From assembly GCA_051294375.1 (NCBI GenBank), contig CM119265.1, positions 15,990,896 through 16,054,895 of the forward strand: DNA of 64,000 nt, given 5' to 3'. A program made the position numbers and the translations under genes. This DNA is from Paraspadella gotoi. Taxonomy: Eukaryota; Animalia; Chaetognatha. The notes beneath the pieces are model-generated. The model did not search any database and was not told the DNA's origin. It saw nothing but the letters and a program-made list of their open reading frames with translations. This document shows positions 27,098 through 37,907 of the stretch, piece by piece (within the stretch, counting starts at the first letter, position 1; each line of letters starts with the position of its first letter).

Positions 27098-30000
27098 CTC
27101 TCTCTCTCATAAACAGCAAAAAAAAAGCAATATTTTTACAAAGCCTAAACAGGAAATTCTAAAGCGGCCATATTCTTAATCGTTATCGCAATTGGCAAAG
27201 AATTCTCGGGAGAAAAAAAAGAGCGGAGAGATAAAATCGTTATCGTTTCCTCACCTCCCCCTCCCCACCCCCATTCTATCCCTCGCTCAAAAAAGGTAAG
27301 GTCTCCTACTTGACGGCCATCTTCCCTTACATCCTCCTTACCGTCTTGATCATCAACGGAGCGTTGCTGGAGGGAATCGTCGAGGGGAGTCTCTACTACA
27401 TCGAGCCCGACTTCACTCGACTCTCCGACATCAACGTTTGGTGAGCAGATTGTTTGGCAATTATATTTCGGGACCAATGTATTCGTCATTCAGGAAAGAC
27501 GCGGCCGTTCAAATCTTTTACTCGCTCGGGGTGTGCACGGGCGGTTTGATCACGATGTCGTCCTTCAACGACTTTCGCAACAATTGCCTCAAGGACGCCA
27601 TCTTGGTGGCTGTCATCAACTGCGCCACTTCCGTCTACGCCGGTTTCGCCATCTTCAGCATCATCGGTGAGCTAATATGCTGACACGACATACTGAGACA
27701 AATAGCCCGGTTTACCCGTTGCTACTAATAACGTTTTTTATCAAAAATAAAAGGATAGAATTACGCGGCGTGAATTTTGACGCGTGTTGACATCGGACTA
27801 GAATTTGATCGCTTCTATTTTTTTTGAAACGTCAAAAAAGAATAGAAAAAAAAATATCGAAGACTTAGAGAAGGAAGCGAAATCTTTTTCGCCGCCTACA
27901 CAATTTTGCCTTTTTCTTTCTTATCCTTTTTTTTTTCACAAGATATATCCTTTATCCCCTTTCATTTCGTATCTTCAATGCGATTTTTTTTTCTCTTATC
28001 GTCTTTCCCTCTTTGCTCTATCTCTCTCTCTATCTGCTCCAAAAAAAGTATAGACTGTAGTATATATTTTAAAAAAGATTAATCGACCTGGATGTCTGGA
28101 AAAAGAATCTACTTGAGAGAGCTTGCATTTCAATTTTATTTCCCCATTTTTTTTCTCTTTTCTTCATAACTTTCGTTTTTATCCAATTTCCTTTTTACTT
28201 TTAATTTTGTTCTCGTCTTTGAAAACGCTCCATTAATTCACATAAGTCCCTTCCACTTTTGAATATTGTTTTCACTTTCACTTTTCTCAACCACCGTATA
28301 ATCTCCACTTTTCTCCGAATCCACAAGCCACTCTCAGTTCCCTCACTATCCACCTATATTCCTCCCCAGGGGATGAAATCTTTTGCCGAGAAAAATTTCG
28401 CGAGTATAAATTCCCAAACGCCGTTAAATGTTTACCGTTGCCAGGCATCCGTAGCGACCATTCTTCCTGCTTCCTTATTTTTTCTCAACCCAGAAGATTC
28501 TTTTGCATTTTAGCTTCTCAAAAATGTGTTTCGTTTTTTTTTTCTTCTATTAGCACTTATTAACAACGAATCCCAAACTCGTATCACGCTACCGAGTATT
28601 TATTTTTCTGGAAGCAATTTCCTTACCCAAACAGAGATCGCATGGGTACCAACCCGCCCCCAATTTTCCTTCAAATCGCTCACAACTCAACCCACCCCCT
28701 TCCCATCGCAACATTCTTTTCCCGTTTCGAAAAAAACTATTTTGTCCCCGAACGATCGTAAATCTTTCTCCTTCACTCTCTACCCCGCTTCTTTTTCTAG
28801 AGGTACGACTCTCTCTCTCTCTCTCTCTCTCTCATCTCTTCTCTCTCATCTCTTCTCTCCTCTCTTCATCTCACACCGAACTCTCTGTCTATTCTCAATT
28901 CATATAAACAGGATACATGGCGCACAAGGCTAACATCAAGGTAGAGGATGTGGCCACCAAAGGTCCTGGCTTAGCCTTCGTCGTTTACCCCGAAGGACTG
29001 TCCCTTCTGCCCGGCGCGCCCTTCTGGGGGGTTCTCTTTTTCTTCATGATGTTTACGTTGGGCATGGGGTCTACTCTCTCCATGATGGAAAACGTTCTCA
29101 GGTGATCGAAACCTTTATAATTCTATTTGTAGTATGTCGCGGCTTGTCGTACGTGCGCTTGTGCCGTTTTCGTCCGGCCGAAGGGACGTAATGCATAGAC
29201 GAAAGGATGATTTATAGAGTCGCCCTTCATGAGTCTAAAAGCCTAGTTTAACGCGATCTGACCAGAAAAAAAAGAAGAAAAAACGAAAGAGTTACGAGTT
29301 ATTGTTTTGGCCGTTATTCGCCGCTTTAGAGGTATTTAAGAAACATAAAACAAGGAAGAGTGAGACGGATCGGCCTATTCGAAAATAAGGAGGTGGCGAG
29401 AGAAGATAGAAGAACGGTTGCTTCGGTTCCATTCCGGGATACGACTCATTAAGAAAGACAAAAAAAAACACACATTATAGATTGCGTCAAGATCAGCACC
29501 GGGCAAGAAAAAATAATATTAATAAAAAACAAAAACAAATTAGAATATATTTTTATTTTGTAAATTTTTTTTTCTCGAAATGTATAGTTTTTTTCTACGT
29601 TCGTGGTATATACTTTTCTTGTTAGGTTACTCTTTACGTTTTCACTTCCCGGTAATAATGTCAGTATTATGGCAACAGCCGGGTTGCCTGCGATGCCCAT
29701 TGGGATGGGGCATCTCACTGTTGGCTTTGGGGGCTTCCGACCCTCAGTGACGCCTCCAGTCACTGGCGCGGTTACCCTAGGACGGTCTCGCTTTGCCAAC
29801 ACAGAGGGAAGTCGTTAGGACTGTGGATGGAACACTACGCCTGGGATGGTGTGTTCCCCCTCTGAGCCATTGGATTTGGCTAACGGATGGTGGACGTGAG
29901 GCGGTGTGAATATACCGCCACAGTATATCAATTTTAATCTTTATTTCCTTTCTTATGATCCTCCACCCGCTCATAACATTCGAACCATCTTCTCCCATCT

Positions 30001-31305
30001 CCTCCAATCACTTTCAGTTCCCTCTTGGACGAGTTCCCACGATTCCGCTCGTCTCCCTGGAAAAACGCGGCATCTCGTGGCATCGTTTGTCTCATCTGCT
30101 TTCTCCTGGGACTCCCCATGGTCCGTCCATAATTTGCTTACAAACTGTCGGGGTTGAAATATAGGGAGGTCAAAAAAAAAAGCAAGCGATATGTATGTCG
30201 TAAACAAATACATTTAGCTATCAAGTAAAAACCGGGTGTAAAAGAGCGAATACAAATTTTTCAACAACATTTCTTTTTTTATTTTCTGAACACCATCAAT
30301 CCATCATCTTTAAAAAATAGTTAAAAACTGAGGGGGGGGAAGAGCGTTAGAATTTATAATTAATGCAATTTTTAAAAATTAATCCAGTTTACTTATTTTA
30401 CATCACCTTCCTTCGAAGGTGTGCCGCGGAGGAATGTATCTCCTCCACCTGGTGGACGTCTCCGTCTCCAGCTATCCTCTTCTCATCATCGCCGTCCTCG
30501 AACTCGTTGCACTAAACTACATCTATGGGTACGAGGCCTTCGCTGAGGACGTCGAACTCATGCTTGGCAAAAGGTAGGATGAATGTTAATTTGTTATGCA
30601 CATTGTTCAGTGTTCACAATGTACAGGAGATTGGCAAAAAGAAAGAAATCCAATGCACGTAGATCCATAGCCCAATGACCTTGCCATTCCTCTTCTCTTG
30701 CCATCGTTAAAGTTTAGTATTGACGTTGTGTTATTTTCCTTTCTTTTCGTTGTGTATTATGATTTAGAAAAAAGTTTGAATGTAGTGGCAACAACGAATT
30801 TGTTTTATTATGAAAACGGACATGTTTCGGTTCACAATACGAACCTTCTTCAGCACAAAAAGGAATTGTGAACCGAAACATGTCCGTTTTCATAATAAAA
30901 CTAATTCGTTGTTGCCACTACATTCAAACTTTTCTGTAAAGTATTGACGTTGTAATGGTAATATGGATTAGGCAATAAGCCGGACCAAAATAAAAGATCA
31001 CGTCGGGATAAATAAATTCGATTATTGTCTCTACCTCCTGATCTTTTTCGTCCGCCATTTTGAAATCGAAACCTGTCGCAAATTGAAATGCGCTTTAAAA
31101 CGTTGCCTTCGTCGTCGTCTGTGTCTTTCTCGTCGTCGTTCACCTCGTCGTCGTCGGCGTCTCGGTCTTCTTAAAACGTCCTAACGACCAGAAAACCGTC
31201 GTCCCGTCTCCCGTCGCCTGATTAAAACGCCGAGCGTCGCGGCGCACAGAGAAAATGGCGTAGGCCGATAGGGCGCAGTGAAGGGGAGGAGAGAGTGTGA
31301 GGGAA

Positions 31306-31378
<73 letters not shown>

Positions 31379-32777
31379 GAGAGAGAGAGAGAGACATGCT
31401 CGATGTTGCGGGACCTATAGTGAGAGTAGTTAGAAGTTAGAACAATTTAAATGGTGGGGCATACAATGTAAGTACAGAGACAGGCTCAAGAGTTTCACCT
31501 TAAAAATCTCACAGGAAATAAAGCACCTAAAGTAATTACTAATTACCCTAAAATCTTACACACTATGTACATGTTTTTTATCCTCATGTTTCTCATTTTT
31601 CCGATTCCCGCTTTCCTCACCTATCCACCCACCCTCCAGGCCCAACATCTATTTCCAAATTTGCTGGAGATTCGTGTCCGGCGTCGTCATCCTAGCCATC
31701 ATCGTTTTCTCGGCCATTGAACCACACTCGATCGCCTTCAACGACTACCTCTTCCCGGCTTCTTACCAAGTGCTGGGGGCGCTCGTTCAGGTTGGAACGA
31801 TATTTAATACGTTTGTTCGTGTTTTCGGTCGATGGAAGTCATACGTAGGAAAAAAAAAATCAGGATCTCCACTATGGAAAATAAGATTTTTGTCACTAAA
31901 TTCACATTTTTATTGTTGTTAACATTAAAACTAAACGAAATTTTGTTTCCATGTTGTCGTTGCTAGGCAACGCCCATGATGGCGATCGTGTTGTTGGCGT
32001 TCGTCGGAATTTGGACAGGAACGCCTTTGTGCGTTCGATGGTGGAAAGAAGTGAAGGACGTGGCCCGACCCGAATCCGATTGGGGGCCGGCGAAAAAGGT
32101 AAGTTTGGTCGTCGAGATATCATACATAAAAAACAAAACCTGGAGCGACGAAATCGCGAGACGATCTCCCAAGGGATCGAAGATGGTGAAGACGATACGG
32201 AAAACTTTGTCAAAAATAAATAAGATAAACTAACTCTGACGTTATTCACTCAACCCCCTCACGCACGCCGCGTTGGGAGTTTTTCTCTCGCACCCGATGC
32301 ACGTGAGCGCGTGTTTCCTCATTCTCGCGGATCCCGTTGGAGATTCCTTTTGTATCCTTTTGTTTTGCGATTTAAAAAAAAATTAAATATTAAATTCCAT
32401 TTTTGTCCTCGAACTAGAAATAATTATAGACTCGTCACGCTTTTACCCTCCATTACGATTTTAAAAAGCGGAATTGACGGTTACTTACCGACAATGAACA
32501 CTAATCATGCAACACAGAAAATTAAATTAAATATTAAAAGGAAAAACAAGATCTCATAGTAATACAAGGGTTTTTATAATTTCAGGAAAACCGACAGGGA
32601 AAATACGCCGATCCGAGTGCCGTCTCTTACTCGGTGACGGGAGGCGGCCTATACGGCATCGGGGACACCGGGAACGCTGTTTACGAGACGCCGAACGACG
32701 CTGATTACGACGGAGATGTTTCAAAGTGGAAGGGCCACATCAATCAAGGCGCAGATGTTTTTGAAACGTACATGTGA
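13896..32777 (+). CDS. SLC6 (NSS family) Na+-dependent amino-acid/neurotransmitter transporter. Exons approx 13896-13955 (tentative), 14660-14778, 15496-15584, 16228-16377, 16752-~16829, ~17740-17873, ~22581-22607 (tentative), 26468-26575, 27296-27440, 27494-27666, 28912-29101, 30018-30120, 30419-30573, 31640-31790, 31967-32098, 32586-32777
   Basis: [93 protein letters not shown]; ends in PDZ-type ETYM. Exons from 26468 onward join cleanly by GT-AG; 5' exons contain single-base indels. Confidence 0.93.
14800..14887 (-). mobile_element. Internally deleted copy of the tRNA-derived SINE at 56857-57065
   Basis: Shares tgaagagacagtaat...aaccgttcaatataagcagtccctga and aatggccgctgatgaac but lacks the middle. 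Confidence 0.8.
15190..15248 (-). repeat. Helentron/DINE-1-like non-autonomous element end
   Basis: Reverse complement of the ttttagttg...agcaactcta...tcggtcg motif at 15714-15820. Confidence 0.5.
15314..15383. repeat. (AG)n microsatellite
   Basis: Visible run; similar runs at 16395-16480, 17635-17722 (CT), 27015-27108 (CT), 31305-31394, 59473-59507 (CT). Confidence 0.95.
15714..15820 (+). repeat. Helentron/DINE-1-like non-autonomous element end
   Basis: T-run, hairpin cgcgagtactcgcg, gcaactctataa, then GTCG/GTCC/GTCT tetranucleotide tract; related ends at ~17987-18215 and ~29170-29240. Confidence 0.55.
18230..18350. repeat. Dispersed repeat shared with 21087-21203
   Basis: aattactc..ga..ggatgg...tgaaattttgta..g..ggttagg..agtgtgt...agctg...aagttt...aagtggaaatgagtttaa occurs at both sites. 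Confidence 0.75.
18615..20060. repeat. Degenerate GAC/AAC-rich low-complexity tracts (18615-19150, 19465-20060)
   Basis: Visible acgacgaaaa-type repetition. Confidence 0.85.
19358..19405 (+). ncRNA. Minimal hammerhead-ribozyme-like motif, probably a Penelope-like element terminus
   Basis: CTGATGA-A-GGC-loop-GCC-GAAA-CGTT with palindromic stem III; stem I (tttga/tcaaa) imperfect. Confidence 0.55.
20575..20955. repeat. Dispersed repeat, degenerate copy of 1-425
   Basis: See 1-425. Confidence 0.7.
22029..22053. other. Assembly gap (25 N)
   Basis: N run. Confidence 1.
29653..29925 (+). ncRNA. GC-rich multi-hairpin structured element of unknown class in an SLC6 intron
   Basis: At least seven stems: ggcaac/gttgcc, gatgccc/gggcatc, tgttggc/gccaaca, cagtgac/gtcactg, cagaggg/ccctctg, ggaacac/gtgttcc, agcca/tggct, ggcggtgt/ataccgcc. 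Confidence 0.4.
30766..30935. mobile_element. Near-perfect long inverted repeat (foldback MITE-like)
   Basis: ~70-bp arms (aaagtttgaatgtagtggcaacaacgaatt...ggttcacaat and its reverse complement) with a ~26-bp spacer. Confidence 0.85.
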
Positions 32778-33728
32778 ACAGATGATAAAACGATTTTTGT
32801 CCTTGCAAACGTTACGTTTTCTTGTTATTAACGTCTTTTTCACGGTTTGTTTATTTTCTCTTTTGGCGCCCGTATTTAAGCAAATTAATTTGCCAGGATT
32901 TTTATGTTTTCGAAAATGCAAAGCCAGAGGCAACAAAAAAATATTTCGAAAGCAAAATAAAAAGGCGTTGGAATATTGTTGAAATAAAATAAAATAATTT
33001 TTATTTAACAATGGTTTAGTCGATCATGATTGTCAAATCACTTTTCTCATCATACATCCTTTGCCTGTAAACTTAACAGAACATTGTGGAATGTGGAATG
33101 AGCATACTTTCACCGGCTTTGTTTAAAAAATCGGCTAAAGCGGACGGGTGTTTTTTTAAATATAACAGAGCGATTTGATAGAAAGTCCCTAGTTATTTGT
33201 CCTTTTTATTTATCTGCAAATCAAGAATATCTCGGAAAAGTGAACTATGGCATAGATCACTTGAGGCATAATGATACATTGATAAGATGGTAATTGACAA
33301 GGCATCAGGGTTCAGTCGCGAAAGAATTTGAATCGAAACGAAGCCCCAAGTTACTCTAGATATCTCCTGACGAGGGTAACTTTGTGCAACTAGTAGTAGT
33401 AAAATCCTGATTAATTTCGAAAATAAAAAATCCTCATGGCTCATCCGTTTGTTGTTTTGTTTCTTTTTAGCCTCTAAATTTTGAGCGGAGCACGGAGCAG
33501 CACATCCCGCCCTCTTGAGTCAGAAAACCGCGGAGTGCACCTTCGAAAAAAAATAATGTTACTTTCTCGTGTCTCTTGCTTCTTGCTGCTCACCTTTGCT
33601 TCTCCCTGAGTTCACGACTCAAGGCCAGCTGGTTAACTTTTGGTGAGAGAAGCCTAAGGCGAGCATCGTTAAATTTTATTTTATATACATTAATCTAAAT
33701 CCTAATCTCGCTCTTCCTTTTTTTAGGC

Positions 33729-35587
33729 ATGCGAGAATTCCTGCGCTCAGTTGCAGCCAGCAATCGAGCTAACTTATCCCTTTACGCAACTACGGCAAGT
33801 ATCTACGTTCATTACCCCTATTGCTCTTCGCTTTGTACTTACTGCGGCTTCAACAAATATAGATACTCGGGATCTACCCCAGTGGAACGAGAGGAGCTGA
33901 GGAAATGTCTAGCGCAGGTGCGTTGCAGAAGATCCACGAAAAATTTTTTAATGAAATTTACGATTAACATGGACGAAAGTTCTATCTGCATTGTCCTGAA
34001 AAAGAAAATTGATTGATTCACCCTACGATCTCTCCACGACTACCTCTATTTCAGGACGTCACTTTTCAATTGAAAAATTCTTTGATAAATCAAGTATCAT
34101 CAATATATTTTGGCGGCGGTACACCAAGCTTGGCACAGCCTCAATTGGTTAAAGATGTCATTGATGCGGTTAAAAGTAATGCTAGTTTACTGGTTAGTTA
34201 TGAAATAGACGAAACGCGGTTGTTTTGCTCACATTTTCTCATAAATAATTAATGTCTATTATTTATACTTACAAAAAATTGTAAGGAAGACGCGGAGGTG
34301 ACTCTGGAAGTCAACCCATCTCAAGAAGTCTGTGAAAATCTTTTGGTGAATTACAAGAATGCCGGCGTCAATAGAATTTCCATGGGAGTTCAGAGCCTCC
34401 GAGATTCCGATTTGTCGGTGAATAAATGGTTAACTTCAAATTGGTTAAATAACGAACAATTGTAGTATATCTTTAATTGTATATTGTATAATACATTTTT
34501 CTTAAAGAAATTGGGCCGTTCACACACTTCTGCGGAAGCCGTTGCCTGTCTTGTATCGGCCCGAAACATCTTCCCCTCGAGAGTTTCCACTGACTTCATT
34601 TTCGGACGACCGTCCCAGTCATTACAGGATCTTCGGCAAGAGCTCCTTCAACTGATTCCCTTGGCTGACGACCACGTTTCCATGTATCAACTAACTGTGG
34701 AGAATGGTACTCCCCTCTTCAAGGTTCTAACGATTTTCAAGAAATTAAAAAATTTTAAAGAAATTAACTACGTAATACATATAAACAAGGAGAAATAATT
34801 TCCAAACCTTTTAGTCTGTCAAGAATAAAAAGTTGACTTTACCGGGAGATGTCAAGCTAGCCAAAATGTACGATACTACTGTAAAAACATTAAAGGACGC
34901 CGGTTACAAGCAGTACGAAGTGTCCAATTTTTCAGCGACTGACGCCGCGAGATCTCGTCATAATATGAACTATTGGTAAGAGTGCAATAATAATAGCCGT
35001 AAAAATATTATTTTTAAAAGGTATAAAAAATAAATTTATATATATATATATCTTTCATTTAATAGGATGGGCGGTCAATATGTTGGTGTAGGGCCCGGCG
35101 CTCACGGACGAATTATTAACCCAGTTACCCTCGTCAAAGAAAGAACCGTTCAAGCTCCTCTGCCGAAAAACTGGAATCGTGAAGTTAACCTATATGGTCA
35201 TGGAATTAAAAGTCGAGTAATAAATAAATAATAACCAATAAAGTTTAAAGTTTTTATGTTGTTTGTTTGTTTTTATAGACGCCAATGTCGCTAAGTGATT
35301 GCCTTGAGGAATTACTGATGGCCGGACTGCGGACGAACGACGGAGTTAGCGAAAAATCGTGGAATCGCATTTTGACTTTTCATTGCTCGGAGAAAAAAGA
35401 CTGGGACGATCTGTCGATGCCGAATATTTTTAGGAAGAAGTCGTCCATATACCTAGATCATCTTTTCGAAAATAGACAACTGGTTTATGACACAAATTCT
35501 CTTCTCATTCCTGACAGTTGTCTAATAGTTTCGGATTCTATTATTACGTACATTTTTAACCACCTGCACACCGTGCTGGCCACGTGA
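33729..35587 (+). CDS. RSAD1: Radical SAM domain-containing protein 1 (HemW-like heme chaperone). Exons 33729-33917, 34055-34192, 34286-34417, 34508-34723, 34815-34975, 35066-35216, 35279-35587
   Basis: YVHYPYCSSLCTYCGF (CxxxCxxC), SIYFGGGTPS, EVTLEVNP, GVNRISMGVQS, HVSMYQLTVE, YEVSNF, RHNMNYW, GVGPGAHGR; all GT-AG and in phase. Confidence 0.93.
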
Positions 35588-35804
35588 ATAGCTTATTCGT
35601 AATAAAGAATAAAAACGAGCCGTGTTATGATTGGTTAAAAATTTTCCGTGACTGCTACAGATTACTTATTATCCAATATATTTTTTTGATTTTGTTCAGA
35701 AAGTTATTTGCCTTTTATAAAACTTTTTCAGATGAATCCACGAGACTAAATCTAAACCAAAACTTTCTGGTCGCTCACTGTAGTGACTACTGATTAGGTC
35801 AAAC

Positions 35805-37644
35805 ATGTCCACCTCCTCGTCGGCGGCCTCCGCCGGGGTCGAGGTCACCGTCACGGAATCCCGTCTTCCTAAGACCCCCCTCGCCCTAGTGGTTTTCTTG
35901 GTGTATTTTCCACTTGGATGCTGCCTAGCTCTCGTCAGGTTGGTCGCTCAGCTTGCGATAGTCGAGTGAATTTCTTTTTTTTTTTTCCTATTTTCCTTTT
36001 AATTCTGGACAGGTTCCTCCTTTCATTTCAAATATTTATTTTCACCACAATCTGGCCTATTTGCCGCTTTCGGAATTACATGCTTCGCACAATGTGTTCT
36101 TACCTTTTGGGAATATGGGTAAAAGAAGAAAATAATTCTTCGTTTCCGACGCCTCCGTCGCCTCGAGTCGGGAGTATTCGGCCACGACATCATCTCAATC
36201 GATCTCCGTCCGACGACATGTCGGACGGAGCACAGGTCGGGGTCGATGCTGCCACTTCCGCAGCCGTCCCAGATACCCCAGCAGAAGCTGGAGGTAATTC
36301 CACACCGATCGACGAATCCTCGCCCAAACTCTTCGTCGCCAACAGTGTGTCTGTCATCGACGGCGCCGTCGTTGCGCTTCTGTTCCCGAGAACGCGCGTT
36401 ATAAACACGATCAAACTGCCTCGGCCTTTGTCATGGCTTTTGGGCTATGAAAGGCTTTCTGGACGCGGAACTAACGGAACAATCTCCGCCCTGGAACAAT
36501 TGTTGTCTTCAAGGGGCGATAACGTTCTGGTTTTTCCCGAGAGATGTTTGACGAATGGAAAGGCAGTTTTGAAGTTGGACGAGAAACTAGTTTGGTGCGA
36601 AACTAAGAAGAGAGAAGATGCCGGCGACGGTTAGTTTTTTTAGAGTTTGATTCATGGGTTCTCGTGTACGTCTTTTAAATTTTATTATTCAGACGGCAAA
36701 TACGACCCCCGTTCACTGATAGCGCGTATTCATCCTCTAGTCATTAGATTCAGACGGTTTCCAGTTGATTTTCCCGCCACAGTTTTAGGGAGCACCGAAC
36801 TGGCTGATCTCTTTTGGATGCTATGGTGAGTAACTCAATCTTAGGAGCAATTATTTTCAGACTTCATGGTTTATGCTCCTCAGGGCCCCAGTCAACCTAA
36901 TCACCGTCCAAACTCTCTGCCCGACCGCGCCTCGCGTCGGCGAAACGCCGGCTTCCCTGGCTGCGCGTGTTCAAAGCCTCATCGCCGACGCCCTTGGAGT
37001 TCCCGCTCTTGCGCACAATGACATCGAGCTCCGCGAATATGCTAAGCGCCGCCTCAGGGACGTCCAGTACGAGGACGTGGTCGCTATGGTTCCCGGAATG
37101 GCCGGCCATCGTCGCGAACGACGCCAGGATCGCGCGTCGCGCGAGTTAGTTATCGATACAATGGTAGCGCAGATCAAGACGGTTCTTCCGCAGGTTAGGC
37201 GCAGCGTATTTTCAATTTACCTGCAGTCTTGTAGGAGTTGGGGAATTTTTCAAATATTTTTTTTAATCCAAGGTCCCCGTCGCCTTGATACGTCGTGACG
37301 TTAAACAAACACGAGACGTAGATGTGACGATAACTCGATTCTTGGAAGGCACCATTCCTTACGAGCCAGAGGATACGACTTCTCCCTCGCGCGACGACGA
37401 GCACAAAACAAACGACACCGACGCTGCCTCTTCCCTTTCCGAACTGATTGAGGCTCGTCCAGGAACGTCGGACAAGCTCGCCCCCGACGGCGCCGTTGCC
37501 AAGCCTCGGCCTTCGGAGTTGGCGGCTACAGAGTTTGCGTCAACTTCACGTAATCGTCAGTTATCCTTCGCAGATCGTAAGAAGTTCATGATCGAGCAAA
37601 GCCGAGAGAGATACTTAAAAAGGATGAAATTGAAAACCGCCTGA
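35805..37644 (+). CDS. AUP1: Ancient ubiquitous protein 1 (lipid-droplet/ERAD factor). Exons 35805-35938, 36013-36629, 36693-36825, 36884-37193, 37273-37644
   Basis: N-terminal hydrophobic hairpin (LVYFPLGCCLALVR), acyltransferase-like FPERCLTNGKAVLK, CUE domain (MVAQIKTVLPQVP...DVKQTRDVDVTITRFLEG) and C-terminal G2BR (RQLSFADRKKFMIEQSRERYLK). Confidence 0.9.
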
Positions 37645-37907
37645 ACAATTTAGGCGAAATTGCCTATCGCTATCTAGCCGGATGTCTTTTCCCCCCATTA
37701 ATTACTAGTTGAAGTTTTAAACTTAATAATTGTTGCTAAGTTCGATCTTCTTTCTATATGAACGTTTGATCTTTAGTTGGAGCTTACAGGGTACCCATCA
37801 TGAACTAAACTTAGCCGATCAGCCCTATAGTTCGGCTTGACGATGATCGCCATGTAGAAAAAATGCTCTAATTGAAACTCTTTATAGCGTCGAACCACGA
37901 CGACGCG

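Noticed and set aside
29765-29785. Telomerase RNA template
   Set aside because: TTACCCTA is not a clean CCCTAA permutation, and I found no pseudoknot or H box.
29449-29818. ORFs on both strands over the structured island
   Set aside because: No recognisable protein motifs; explained by GC richness.
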